A stretch of 36,083 nt of DNA from Eubacteriales bacterium (GCA_045531105.1 JAZSDJ010000047.1:1-36083); one strand, 5' to 3'; positions 11,287 to 20,385 are shown, numbered from the stretch's first letter. A program made the numbers and translations. Notes: a model not told the origin generated them from the sequence alone.

Positions 11287-11443
11287 CGTGGAAAAGTGAT
11301 TTTTTGGAAAATTTTAAAAAGTGTTAGTTTTCCATTAATTTTCCACTTTATCAACTGGGGAGTTGTCCACACTGTTGTGTTGATAAATTTTTTCAAAAAT
11401 ATTGATAAAATCAGTGTTCTTTGAGTTTTCCAACAAATCCAAC
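11287..11443 (+). promoter_or_regulatory. Cluster of co-oriented DnaA-box-like 9-mers in the dnaA-dnaN spacer (candidate oriC part)
   Basis: TTGTCCACA at 11363-11371 has one mismatch to TTATCCACA. Weaker matches are TTTTCCACT (11339), TTTTCCATT (11328), TTTTCCAAC (11426), AAATCCAAC (11435) and cGTGGAAAA (11287). Confidence 0.45.
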
Positions 11444-11625
11444 AACTCTACTACTACTGCTACTACTAAATTATATTTCTTTCTTAAAGAAAACAAGAAA
11501 AGAAAAAGTTGAAAAAGTAAGCAATTAAGGTGTTTTTTATGTGGTGTTGTGTGAACAACGGAGGCGTCCCCGTGGATTAAATCCGCGTTAGTCTTATATA
11601 AATTTTTTAATTAACCACGAAGCGT

Positions 11626-11750
11626 TTTTCTTTACTATAAAAGTAAGTAAAAAAGTTATAAATTAATTTTCTGTTATTTTAAAATTGTCGTGCCGTATTA
11701 ATGAGTTTACACTAAACTAACACGAACTTTTGCTACCCGAGGCTCACCGG
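11626..11750 (-). repeat. Third copy of the leader/spacer module, abutting the dnaA stop
   Basis: The string aaaagttataaattaattttctgttattttaaaattgtcgtgccgtattaatgagtttacactaaactaacacgaac..gctacccgaggctc matches 11090-11270 and 13186-13262. Confidence 0.7.
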
Positions 11751-11752
11751 AA

Positions 11753-13132
11753 CTATTGATTTAGTGAGCGAATAAGTTCTTTTATATCAAGAGCGAAATC
11801 GTTATCTTCTGCCATTCGGTCTTTAACAAACTTTTCGCTTGAAACAAGAGTTGAACGGTCTCTGTTTAAAATCTTCGCAATTTGTGATTGTGAAAGCGAT
11901 GTTATCTCTCTTGCAATATAAACACAAATATGACGCGCTAAAACAATTTCTTTGTTTCTCTTGCTTGATAAAATATCTTCTTTGCTGATTCCATACTTTG
12001 TTGATACGGAAATGAGTATTTCTTCAAATTTCTTTGAGTCGTTTTCTTTCGCCTGTGCAAATTCCTTTGTAACATCTTTTACTTTTTCAAGTGTTATCTC
12101 TGAGCCTTGCAAAAATTTCATCGCACCAAGTTTTTTTACAATTCCTTCAAGTTGACGAATTGATGAGGTAACATTCTCTGCAATGTATTTCAAAATTTCG
12201 CTCGATAAGTAAATATTATGTTGTTTTGCTTTTTGAGAAAGAATTGCAAGTCTTAAATCGTAGTCTGGTAATGAAACATCTGCCAAAATTCCTGACATAA
12301 ATCTTGTTCTAAGTCTTTCTTCAAGTGTTCTAATTTCGTATGGTGGACGGTCAGAGGTTAAAATGATTTGCTTTCTTTCTTCATAAACTGCATTAAATGT
12401 GTTGAAAACTTCAAGTTGTGTCGCTTCTCTTCCCGCAACAAATTGAATATCGTCTATCAAAAGAACATCAACTGCACGAAGTTTTTCTCTAAATTCCGCT
12501 GTCGTTTTATATCTTATTGCCTCAACAAGTTGATTTGTAAATTCTTCGCCTTTTATGTACATTATTTTCTTGTTTGGAAAACGATGCGCGAGTCTGTTCG
12601 TTATCGCATAAAGTAAGTGCGTTTTTCCAACTCCACTTGGACCATAAATGAATAACGGATTATAAAGGTTCGCTCTGAGCGTTTCAGGGTCGTTTAAATC
12701 TTTGTCCGCTACTGCACGCGCTGCCGCATATGCAAACTCGTTTGATGAACCAGATATGAAGTTGTCAAATGTGTAATCAGAACGATAATTGTCAAGAATT
12801 ACTATGTCGTCTGATTTTTTAGCCTCGCCACGCTCGATTTTTGAAATTTTTTCAACTGTCGGTGCTGAAAGGTCCATTTCTTCGTTTTCCGTTGAAATTA
12901 TCACTATTCTTGGCTTGAAACCAACTACCTTCTCAGTCGCTTCTGCCATCTCGTCAGCAAATATGTCAAGTATTACATTTCTTTTGGCGTTGTTCGTCGT
13001 TGTGAACATCGCTTCTTTCGATGTGAGGGAAATTAATTCCATATCTCCAAACCATAAATTATATGCAGTGTCTGGATGTTTCGTTTTTAAAATCTCTGAT
13101 ATGGGTTCCCATATACTTCTTAATTCCGCCAT
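11753..13132 (-). CDS. dnaA: Chromosomal replication initiator DnaA
   Basis: 459-aa ORF with the Walker A GPSGVGKTHL, the Walker B LLIDDIQF, the sensor region, and the C-terminal domain IV (RHICVYIAREIT..S...IAK.L.RDRSTLV). Confidence 0.97.
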   Translation of the reverse strand: MAELRSIWEPISEILKTKHPDTAYNLWFGDMELISLTSKEAMFTTTNNAKRNVILDIFADEMAEATEKVVGFKPRIVIISTENEEMDLSAPTVEKISKIERGEAKKSDDIVILDNYRSDYTFDNFISGSSNEFAYAAARAVADKDLNDPETLRANLYNPLFIYGPSGVGKTHLLYAITNRLAHRFPNKKIMYIKGEEFTNQLVEAIRYKTTAEFREKLRAVDVLLIDDIQFVAGREATQLEVFNTFNAVYEERKQIILTSDRPPYEIRTLEERLRTRFMSGILADVSLPDYDLRLAILSQKAKQHNIYLSSEILKYIAENVTSSIRQLEGIVKKLGAMKFLQGSEITLEKVKDVTKEFAQAKENDSKKFEEILISVSTKYGISKEDILSSKRNKEIVLARHICVYIAREITSLSQSQIAKILNRDRSTLVSSEKFVKDRMAEDNDFALDIKELIRSLNQ

Positions 13133-13268
13133 TTTTTACTCCTGTCTCTTACTTTTTCTTTGCTGAAAAGAAAAAGTAAGCAAAAAGAAAAGTTATAAAT
13201 TAATTTTCTATTATTTTAAAATTACTGCTAAACTAACACCAGTTTGCCACCCGAGGCGCTCGGGCGCG
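13133..13268 (-). repeat. Leader/spacer repeat module upstream of dnaA
   Basis: Near-identical to 10921-11050. The perfect 14-bp hairpin at 13148-13180 lies next to the SD (aggag). Confidence 0.8.
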
Positions 13269-13387
13269 CGCATAGTTATTCAATATTATTATATAATAAA
13301 TATTAATATATGTCAATAAATAATAATAAAAAATTCACAAAAAAAGTGGAAAACTCAAAAGAAAAATATTAAATAAAAAAGAAGAAT

Positions 13388-13620
13388 GACGGACTCGGTG
13401 CGGACTCGGTGCGGACCGAGAGCCAATCTCCGCATTTGTCTCATATAGTTGCTTAATTAACCTCGAAGCAATATAATTAAACGGACAATCTCGGTGCGGA
13501 CTCGGTGCGGACCGAGAGCTAAACTCCGCATTTGTTTCTCGTTAATTGTTCAACCAATCACGAAAAACTCGGTGTGAAACCAGAGGCAAGTTGTGCGTTT
13601 ATTTTGTATTGATTTTTTAA
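13388..13620 (-). repeat. Repeat family 3 (ggctctcggtccgcaccgag... / ttaattatattgcttcgaggttaattaagcaa units), inverted orientation
   Basis: The reverse complement of 13388-13620 is collinear with 32243-32530 and 33443-33530. Confidence 0.75.
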
Positions 13621-13725
13621 TTTGTTTACCATTTTTCACTTGTTTTCTTTTTTGGTATCTTTTTTCTTCTACCAAAGAAAAAAGTACATATAAAAAAAGA
13701 CACTCTTGCGAGCATCTTTTTTAGT

Positions 13726-15267
13726 TTAATTAAATTTTTTAGTAGCGAGTTCTTCTACTGCTAAGCCTTTTTTATAATTTTGCATAAAGTATGCGAATTT
13801 TTGCTTTGTTTGTTCATCTGCGAGGGTAGTTTCTTTTTCGCATTTAGCGAACAATGTGTCGAGGAAATCTTCCAAAGTACCTGATTTTACAACATTATAA
13901 AGAGCGAGCAAAGAAACGCCCCAAGCACCACCTTCGCCTGCGTTTTTCATAACTGTGATAGGAGCACCAAGAGCGGCACTCATAGCGTTTGCGCCAATGA
14001 AAGGAGTTTTAAAGAAGCCACCATGTCCGCATATATCGTCAATTTTAACATTTTCTTCTGCGAGGACTTCCATACCTATACTCATAGCGCCAAGTGCTGA
14101 ATAAAGGAGCATTTGAGTGAAATTAGCAAGAGTTAATTTACTATTAGGGGTACGCATTACGAGAGGAATACCGCTTTCCATACCGACAATAGGCTCGCCC
14201 GAGAGGAAGTTATAAGCAACGAGGTCACCGACCTTATCATCGCTTTGAGCCGAAATTTCGTACATTTTATCAAACAAAACATTCTTTTTGATATTTGCCC
14301 CTGCAAGAGCGATTACCTCGTCAAAAAGACCTGCCCACGCGTTTATTTCATTTGTGAAATTATTTGCATGAACCATAGCCACGCATTTTCCTGTTGGAGT
14401 TGCTACAATATCAATAGAGGGGTTAACTTTTGAGAGTGGTTTTTCAAGAACAACCATTGTAAATGCGCTTGTTCCTGCTGAAACATTACCTGTGCGCGCT
14501 TTTACTGCGTTTGTGGCTACCATACCTGTGCCTGCATCGCCCTCTGGTGGACAAACTTTTGCACCGCTTTTAAGAGTGAGAGTTGGGTCTAAAAGACGCG
14601 CCCCCTTCTCTGTTAATTCGCCTGCGTCCTCTCCTGCTACAAGAGATTTTGGCAAGAGTTTATAAAGGTCTTTATCAACTCCGTGCGCTTTCAAGAGGGA
14701 GTTATATTTTTCGAGCATTTCTTTGTCATAGTCAAAAGTTGTATCACAGATTGGGAACATTCCCGCAGCATCGCCAATTCCAAGCACTTTTTTGCCTGTT
14801 AATTGCCAATGAACATAACCTGCAAGGGTGGTGAGAAATTCAACATTTTTTACATGCTCCTCGCCGTTTAATACCGCTTGGTAAAAGTGAGTTCCACTCC
14901 AACGCTGTGGCATATTGAAATTAAGTACTTTTGTGAGTTCTTCTGACGCTTTCGCTGTCGTTGTATTTCTCCAAGTTCTGAAAGGTACTAATAGATTGTC
15001 GTCTTTGTCAAAGGCTAAATAACCATGCATCATCGCTGAAATTCCTATTCCGTCAAGATGCTCAATTTTCTCGCCAAAATTCGCACAGAGTTCGCTGTAT
15101 GAGTGTTGAAGTCCTGCCCATACCTCGTCAAGAGAGTATGTCCAAAATCCACCCTCTAACTTGTTTTCCCACTCGTGTGAGCCTTGCGCGATAATATTCG
15201 CATTTTCGTCAACAAGAACTGATTTAATTCTCGTTGAACCAAGTTCAATTCCTAATACCTTTTTCAT
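13726..15267 (-). CDS. FGGY-family carbohydrate kinase (xylulokinase-like)
   Basis: MKKVLGIELGSTRIKSVL is an actin-like ATPase phosphate-1 motif, and the 513-aa length is typical of FGGY kinases. GGGAGG precedes the ATG at 15267. The 40 upstream codons in the ORF track run through the repeat hairpin, so I discard them. Confidence 0.85.
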   Translation of the reverse strand: MKKVLGIELGSTRIKSVLVDENANIIAQGSHEWENKLEGGFWTYSLDEVWAGLQHSYSELCANFGEKIEHLDGIGISAMMHGYLAFDKDDNLLVPFRTWRNTTTAKASEELTKVLNFNMPQRWSGTHFYQAVLNGEEHVKNVEFLTTLAGYVHWQLTGKKVLGIGDAAGMFPICDTTFDYDKEMLEKYNSLLKAHGVDKDLYKLLPKSLVAGEDAGELTEKGARLLDPTLTLKSGAKVCPPEGDAGTGMVATNAVKARTGNVSAGTSAFTMVVLEKPLSKVNPSIDIVATPTGKCVAMVHANNFTNEINAWAGLFDEVIALAGANIKKNVLFDKMYEISAQSDDKVGDLVAYNFLSGEPIVGMESGIPLVMRTPNSKLTLANFTQMLLYSALGAMSIGMEVLAEENVKIDDICGHGGFFKTPFIGANAMSAALGAPITVMKNAGEGGAWGVSLLALYNVVKSGTLEDFLDTLFAKCEKETTLADEQTKQKFAYFMQNYKKGLAVEELATKKFN

Positions 15268-15277
15268 AAATACCTCC

Positions 15278-15345
15278 CTTACTTTTCTGTACTTTTTCTT
15301 TGCTGAAAAGAAAAAGTAAGCAAAAAGAAAAGTAATAAAATAACT
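15278..15345 (-). repeat. Partial leader module with the same hairpin, upstream of the FGGY kinase gene
   Basis: The string tactttttctttgctgaaaagaaaaagtaagcaaaaagaaaagt matches the dnaA and dnaN leaders. Confidence 0.7.
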
Positions 15346-15447
15346 ATATACTAAAATTTTGGTTAAAAGCCACTTATATTTTATCATATAAATAAAGGTA
15401 TTTCAAGAATAATAATATAAAGAAAAAATAAAAATTTAAAAAATATC

Positions 15448-15476
15448 TTGACAGAGTTAATTTTTTGTGATATATT
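15448..15476 (+). promoter_or_regulatory. Sigma-A-type promoter for the tRNA-Ser transcription unit
   Basis: TTGACA (15448-15453), a 17-nt spacer, then an extended -10 tgTGaTATATT (TATATT at 15471-15476). Confidence 0.7.
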
Positions 15477-15504
15477 AAGTAAGCAATTAAAACTTAATAG
15501 CATC

Positions 15505-15826
15505 TTTTGCATTAGCAGGGGTAGAGCAACGAGTTGCTTATCTCAATGAGCCTTATGTGAGTAAACTCCCATCGGCTTTCATTGGATATACGCAGCGGTT
15601 TTAAATCAAAGATTTAAATACAGTTCTCTTAGACTGCATATGATAATGCAATTGAATGCATCTTTCCAAATAATATGGGGTAGATTGACTGTCATCAATT
15701 GCTCTTACACATCACTGGTGAGTAAACTCCCCGATGATTTAGCAAGGCATACGCAGCGGTTTTAAATCGGAGATTTAAATACAGTTCTCTTTGCCTGCTT
15801 ATTTATTTGGAAAACCAAATAAATAA
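15505..15826 (+). ncRNA. Two tandem units of about 160 nt in an unclassified structured leader upstream of tRNA-Ser
   Basis: Unit 1 is about 15505-15665 and unit 2 about 15666-15826. Blocks conserved at a 159-161-nt offset are ggggtaga, gtgagtaaactccc and atacgcagcggttttaaatcNNagatttaaatacagttctctt. They lie between a strong promoter and the tRNA. Confidence 0.4.
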
Positions 15827-15914
15827 GCAGGGGTATCGAAGCGGTCATAACGAGGCGGTCTTGAAAACCGTTTGGCCAAAAGCCACGTGGGTTCGAATCC
15901 CACCCCCTGCGCCA
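15827..15914 (+). tRNA. tRNA-Ser (anticodon UGA), CCA encoded
   Basis: The acceptor GCAGGGG pairs with CCCCTGC. The anticodon arm is GCGGT-CTTGAAA-ACCGT. There is a long variable arm, the T arm is GTGGG-TTCGAAT-CCCAC, and the discriminator is G followed by CCA. Confidence 0.92.
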
Positions 15915-15919
15915 AAAAT

Positions 15920-15953
15920 AAAAGCAGTACATTTCGTACTGCTTTTATTTTTT
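15920..15953 (+). terminator. Rho-independent terminator after tRNA-Ser
   Basis: Hairpin aaaagcagtac-atttc-gtactgctttt followed by a T-run. Confidence 0.8.
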
Positions 15954-16195
15954 ACTCTTTGCAGTGGTTGGAATTCTCACAAGTGGCGTAGCCACGCGGG
16001 ACGAGGAGACCGAACGCATTCGGGGAATGATAAAGTGAGGTTGACGAGGTGGAGCAACACAAAGAACACGAGCAAACTTGCTTGTGCGAAGTGTGATTTG
16101 ATTGCTTGTGACAGGGCGCCGTCGTGCGCGAATCCCACCAATTTTCATTTTTTAGATAAATAAAACAGTTGGCATTTGATTAAAATTCAAGAACT

Positions 16196-16210
16196 AATCC
16201 CACCCCCTGC
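16196..16210 (+). repeat. Direct repeat of the tRNA-Ser 3' end (att-like scar)
   Basis: aatcccaccccctgc at 16196-16210 is identical to 15896-15910, exactly 300 bp upstream. A shorter copy, gaatcccacc, lies at about 16130-16139. Confidence 0.6.
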
Positions 16211-16369
16211 ACAAAAAATCGCACAAAAAATAGGAATGTAAGTATAAATACATACCAAAATTTGAAAAATGGCAGTTTATTTATATGTTTTCTTTTTTGG
16301 TATCTTTTTCTTCTACCAAAGAAAAAAGTACAAAGGACACTCTTACGAGTGCCCTTTTTGGTTTAGAAA

Positions 16370-18199
16370 TTATTCGCCTTGGTTAAGGAACTTTTCGCCA
16401 TTTTTAACAATGAGCATTGAGTAAGTAACAGTAATTGTACCATCTTCCGCTTTGTTGGTGATTTCGAGCAAGAGTTGTTCAATATTACCATAAACATCGC
16501 CTTCGATAATATTTGTTACTTTTTCTGCTTTAAGAAGTTCAGTGCCGAGGTCATCATAGATAGCGATTGTCATAGACATATCACCTGATATCATCTTAGC
16601 AGCATCTATTGTTGACATGATGTAGTAGCCAGTGCCAGCGTCTGTAACCGCTGTAAATGTACCTTCTGTTGGTTGTTGTTCTGGAATTTCAGTACCGAGT
16701 TGAACTTCGTTATTTGCACCTTTCCAAAGGAAGAATTTAGTGCTTGTAACATTACCATCTGCATCTTTAACTTCTTCTTCCAAAATCAAGGAGTTGTTGA
16801 GAATAGCGTAAATTTCTCTGTTTTCAGGAACTGTGTAGATAAGATTATTTGTTGCGTCGTAAATTTCTTTTTCGTCAACAATCAACCAAAGGTTGTTTTG
16901 TTCAATATCGCCTTTGTGAATGAGAGAAATGATAACACCATTGTCATCAATGAAGTAAGAACCAAAATCGGTTGCCAAAACCTTCATACCATTTTGAGTT
17001 GTATAAATATTAACATCGTCGCCTTGTTTAAATGGGTCGAGATATTTAATAACATTGAGGTTTGCGTCAGTAGCAACGAGATTTGCTTTAAGAACGAGGT
17101 GGTGGCTTTCAATTACATAGTAAAAGAAAACATTTTTAAGGTCTGGGTTGAGACCGTAGCCGACGTATTTAGCGTATTCTTCATCAGATGGGTGAATAGC
17201 AGCGTTTTCGCAAGGAATAAATCCGTTATAAGGGAAATCGGTTTCTTCGCCTGTCAAAATGTTTGCTTTTGTCATTTTAACATTTGTTTTGTAGCCTTCG
17301 AAAAGAACATCATATTCTTGTGCATCATCTGGAAGAGAGATAAATTCAACATACAAAACTTCGTTATCGTTTATGAAGATGCAGTATTCTTCAACAGAAT
17401 TTAAATTTTCTTTAAACTCATAGTGTGAAACGACTTGGAGATTTTTGTCAACAATGATAAATTCGTCAACGAAACTATCATAGTAATCATAATAGATGAA
17501 AGAGTCGAGTTCTTCCACATAGAAGAGGTCTTCAAAATCAAAGTTAACTTTGTTAAAGTCAGCGAGTTCAGTAAGAGTTCCTTCATCATGATTTACAAGG
17601 TAAACCTTTTTCATAAATGACAAAAGATCTGAACTATTGTTTGTGTTAAATTCATAGTCGGCTTCCATTTTGTCTTCTACTTCTTCAGCGTCCACGCCTT
17701 TGTATTCAGCAACTGCAACGCCGAATTTGTTGTAGAGATAAACATCACCTTTTTCTGCGTCACCATAAATAGCGGCAACTACAAGGAAGTCCTCGTTTCC
17801 GTCGAGTTCAAAGTAAGAAACATCGGTGATAGTTGTTTTGTAAGCCTCATTTTCTTCTTCCATAAAAGGATTTGATGTAAGTGAGATTACAGTTGAGTTA
17901 TAAACATTAAAGAGTTTGTAAGTAATGCCTGTTGGGTTACCTTCTGCATCAGAAGTTCGAATCATTTGACCAAAGAAGTGGTCGTTAATTGTTTTTACTT
18001 GTTGGTCTTTGTCTGTGAGATCAACTTTTGTGATTGTGGTTTTGTCAACCTTATTATCAAGGAAGACAATGTTAGATAAAATGCTCTCTGTTGGAATAAC
18101 AACAGGTGGTGGTGGGGTTTCTTCGTCTTCACAGCCTATAAAAGCGAGAGAAAGAAGCATAACCAAGCAAAGAGCGAGAGCTAAAATTTTCTTTTTCAT
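16370..18199 (-). CDS. Large lipoprotein of unknown function (paralog 1)
   Basis: 609-aa ORF. The signal peptide ends ...LAFIGC and is followed by the Pro-rich linker ETPPPPVVIPTE. It is homologous to the neighbouring ORF. Confidence 0.8.
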   Translation of the reverse strand: MKKKILALALCLVMLLSLAFIGCEDEETPPPPVVIPTESILSNIVFLDNKVDKTTITKVDLTDKDQQVKTINDHFFGQMIRTSDAEGNPTGITYKLFNVYNSTVISLTSNPFMEEENEAYKTTITDVSYFELDGNEDFLVVAAIYGDAEKGDVYLYNKFGVAVAEYKGVDAEEVEDKMEADYEFNTNNSSDLLSFMKKVYLVNHDEGTLTELADFNKVNFDFEDLFYVEELDSFIYYDYYDSFVDEFIIVDKNLQVVSHYEFKENLNSVEEYCIFINDNEVLYVEFISLPDDAQEYDVLFEGYKTNVKMTKANILTGEETDFPYNGFIPCENAAIHPSDEEYAKYVGYGLNPDLKNVFFYYVIESHHLVLKANLVATDANLNVIKYLDPFKQGDDVNIYTTQNGMKVLATDFGSYFIDDNGVIISLIHKGDIEQNNLWLIVDEKEIYDATNNLIYTVPENREIYAILNNSLILEEEVKDADGNVTSTKFFLWKGANNEVQLGTEIPEQQPTEGTFTAVTDAGTGYYIMSTIDAAKMISGDMSMTIAIYDDLGTELLKAEKVTNIIEGDVYGNIEQLLLEITNKAEDGTITVTYSMLIVKNGEKFLNQGE

Positions 18200-18241
18200 T
18201 TTATTCTCCTTTTAAAACTTAATTAGTTTAAATTGGTTAGA

Positions 18242-19966
18242 TTAATAATTTGGATTTGCAAAGAATACATGATATTCAAGACAGCCAGTTGCCAATGAAG
18301 CGGCGCTGTCGAGGTAAAGAACAAAGCGATCACCATAAGATGAGAAATAATCGGATAGATAATTAACATTTTGAACTGTGTCAATAAGGTCGCCAGAGAG
18401 GTTGTAGAATTTATATGTGTAAGTTGAAGTGTCTTCTACAAATTCCTTTGTGTAGTAACCAAAATTGAAGAAGTTCAAGTTATTGTCGTTATAATCTACA
18501 TCATTACCAATGAGTTTTTCTGTATCTTTGCCAGTCCAAAGAACATAATTTTCCACTTGAAGTGTTTCTTCATCTTTCTCTTCTTCTGTAAAGAGAATGG
18601 AATTTGGATTAATTGAGTGGATTTTTCTGCCTGCATCGGCATAGTTGTAAATTACATTGAGACTTGTGTCGTAAATTGCCTTGTCGTCATAGAACCATTT
18701 TTCGTTGTAACGAATGTTCATTGGAAGGTCAGCAACCTTATTGCCAGACACGTCTACGATATAACGAGTGAATTGATTTTCATAGATTTTTGCGCCATTT
18801 TTAAGGGTTGAATAAAATCCGAGTTCGTCATAGTCGAAGAACTTAACTATTTCAAGGTTATCGTTCAAGCCGATAACATTCTTTTCGCGTACCCTTGCTC
18901 CGTTTTCTATTGAAAAACCATCAAAAATCAAGTTTGAAACTGTTGAATCAGTGAAACCTTTAACTTCGGAAACAGGAATGATTTCTCCAATATACTTCAA
19001 GTCAGGGATTTCTGTAAGAGAGTCGTCAGTTGGGTTATAAATGAAAGATGTAACGTTGGCTTTTTCTCCATACATGAATACTTCGTATTCAGTTGCGTCG
19101 TCTGCCAAAACATACACGTAAACAACTAAATAGTTGCCGTTGTTAAGACGGGAAATTTCAATGTCTCCGTTTTCAATCATATCAAATTTTTTTGTGAAAA
19201 TAAGGTCATACTCAGATGATAAAACAGTTATTTCACCATTTGAAATTTTTATATAAGTGCCAGTAACTTCGTTGTAGGTGAACTCTCTAAGAGCGTAAAT
19301 GTTAACATCTTTTTTGCTTGTGTCGACCAAAAGAGTTACTGTTTTGCGTAAACCATCTCTTTCAACTTTGAAAATCTTATCTCCAAAGGTGAGGTTGTAA
19401 AGAACACCATTATTTCCGTATGAATATGAAATGGAAATATATAAATCCTCTTGTTTGGATTCAGAAACTAACAAATTCATGTTTTGGTCAAAAAGGAAGT
19501 GGTCGTATGTACCATCTTCGCGTTCAAGCACGAGATGAGTGTTGTATTCTCCATAAAAATAAACATAAGATGAATTTATGTCGTAATCTACATAAATATC
19601 GTCTGCAAATACAGACTCACCAGAGATGTCTGTGTAGATGCTCCAACCATAGGACTCACCTGTCTGTGAGCAGTAAAGAACGAAATCTTGTGAATAGAAT
19701 TTAGACTCTACATCATAAATTTCATCTCCTATATAAAGGTATGTGCCGCCATACGAGCCAGATCTATTCAAAGAAGAAAGGTTGGTTGATGTTGTGTGTT
19801 GTGTGAATGGTTGTTCTTCTTGTTCGTCAAAAATAACAGGGAATTTCTCTGTCGGAATCACCACTGGCGCAGGTGGTGGCTCTTCGTCGTTGCCTTTACA
19901 GGAAACAAGAGCGAGAGATAATACCATAATTAAAACGAGCAAGAGAGAAAAAATTCTCTTTTTCAT
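18242..19966 (-). CDS. Large lipoprotein of unknown function (paralog 2)
   Basis: 574-aa ORF. The signal peptide has the lipobox LALVSC, then EEPPPAPVVIPTE. Its C-terminal region aligns with paralog 1. Confidence 0.8.
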   Translation of the reverse strand: MKKRIFSLLLVLIMVLSLALVSCKGNDEEPPPAPVVIPTEKFPVIFDEQEEQPFTQHTTSTNLSSLNRSGSYGGTYLYIGDEIYDVESKFYSQDFVLYCSQTGESYGWSIYTDISGESVFADDIYVDYDINSSYVYFYGEYNTHLVLEREDGTYDHFLFDQNMNLLVSESKQEDLYISISYSYGNNGVLYNLTFGDKIFKVERDGLRKTVTLLVDTSKKDVNIYALREFTYNEVTGTYIKISNGEITVLSSEYDLIFTKKFDMIENGDIEISRLNNGNYLVVYVYVLADDATEYEVFMYGEKANVTSFIYNPTDDSLTEIPDLKYIGEIIPVSEVKGFTDSTVSNLIFDGFSIENGARVREKNVIGLNDNLEIVKFFDYDELGFYSTLKNGAKIYENQFTRYIVDVSGNKVADLPMNIRYNEKWFYDDKAIYDTSLNVIYNYADAGRKIHSINPNSILFTEEEKDEETLQVENYVLWTGKDTEKLIGNDVDYNDNNLNFFNFGYYTKEFVEDTSTYTYKFYNLSGDLIDTVQNVNYLSDYFSSYGDRFVLYLDSAASLATGCLEYHVFFANPNY

Positions 19967-20355
19967 TTATTCTCCTCCTTTTAAATGAATACAATAGAAT
20001 TTTAAAAATATACTACAAAATTTCCTAAAACTTAGAAAATTTTGATGTATTCTGTCAGGCTTTTCTAAAAAGCAAAGTGAAGGTTACAAAACAACCTTCA
20101 CAAATCTTAATTTTGCAACATTTTTAGATTGGTGAAACGTTGTCAACCACGCCTTGCATGTGAGAAAAATTAAATTTTTAATAAGGCTTCCGTTTTGTAA
20201 AAGTGAGACAATAAAGTCTCACTTTTACTGTCGGCATGATAAATCAAATTTCATAGAATAAGGTTTATCGTTATCATTATATCAAAAAAACGGCTGAAAA
20301 GCAATAAAAAAGAGATAAAAACTTAAATATAATAAGGATTTTTTACTTTTTACAC

Positions 20356-20385
20356 AAAAAACAGGGCGCAAAACCCTGTTTTTTA
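20356..20385 (-). terminator. Bidirectional rho-independent terminator closing the VirD4-like operon
   Basis: aaaaa-acaggg-cgcaaaa-ccctgt-tttttt, located 70 nt past the stop of the last gene. Confidence 0.75.

Noticed and set aside
15268-15387. N-terminal 40-codon extension of the FGGY kinase ORF (MIKYKWLL...).
   Set aside because: The extension is encoded by the leader repeat hairpin. A strong SD (GGGAGG) precedes the internal ATG at 15267, which begins the canonical MKKVLGIELGST kinase N-terminus.
16100-16145. Possible tmRNA or tRNA 3' fragment (gcgaatcccacc).
   Set aside because: There is no T-stem 5' partner (ggtgg), no acceptor pairing and no CCA. Only a 10-12-nt match to the tRNA-Ser T-arm exists, so it is treated as a partial att-like remnant.
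15807-16163. 118-aa ORF (+), plus the antisense 67-aa ORF at 15945-16148.
   Set aside because: The plus-strand ORF reads straight through the tRNA-Ser gene and its terminator, and the rest is a GC-rich non-coding scrap. Both are spurious.
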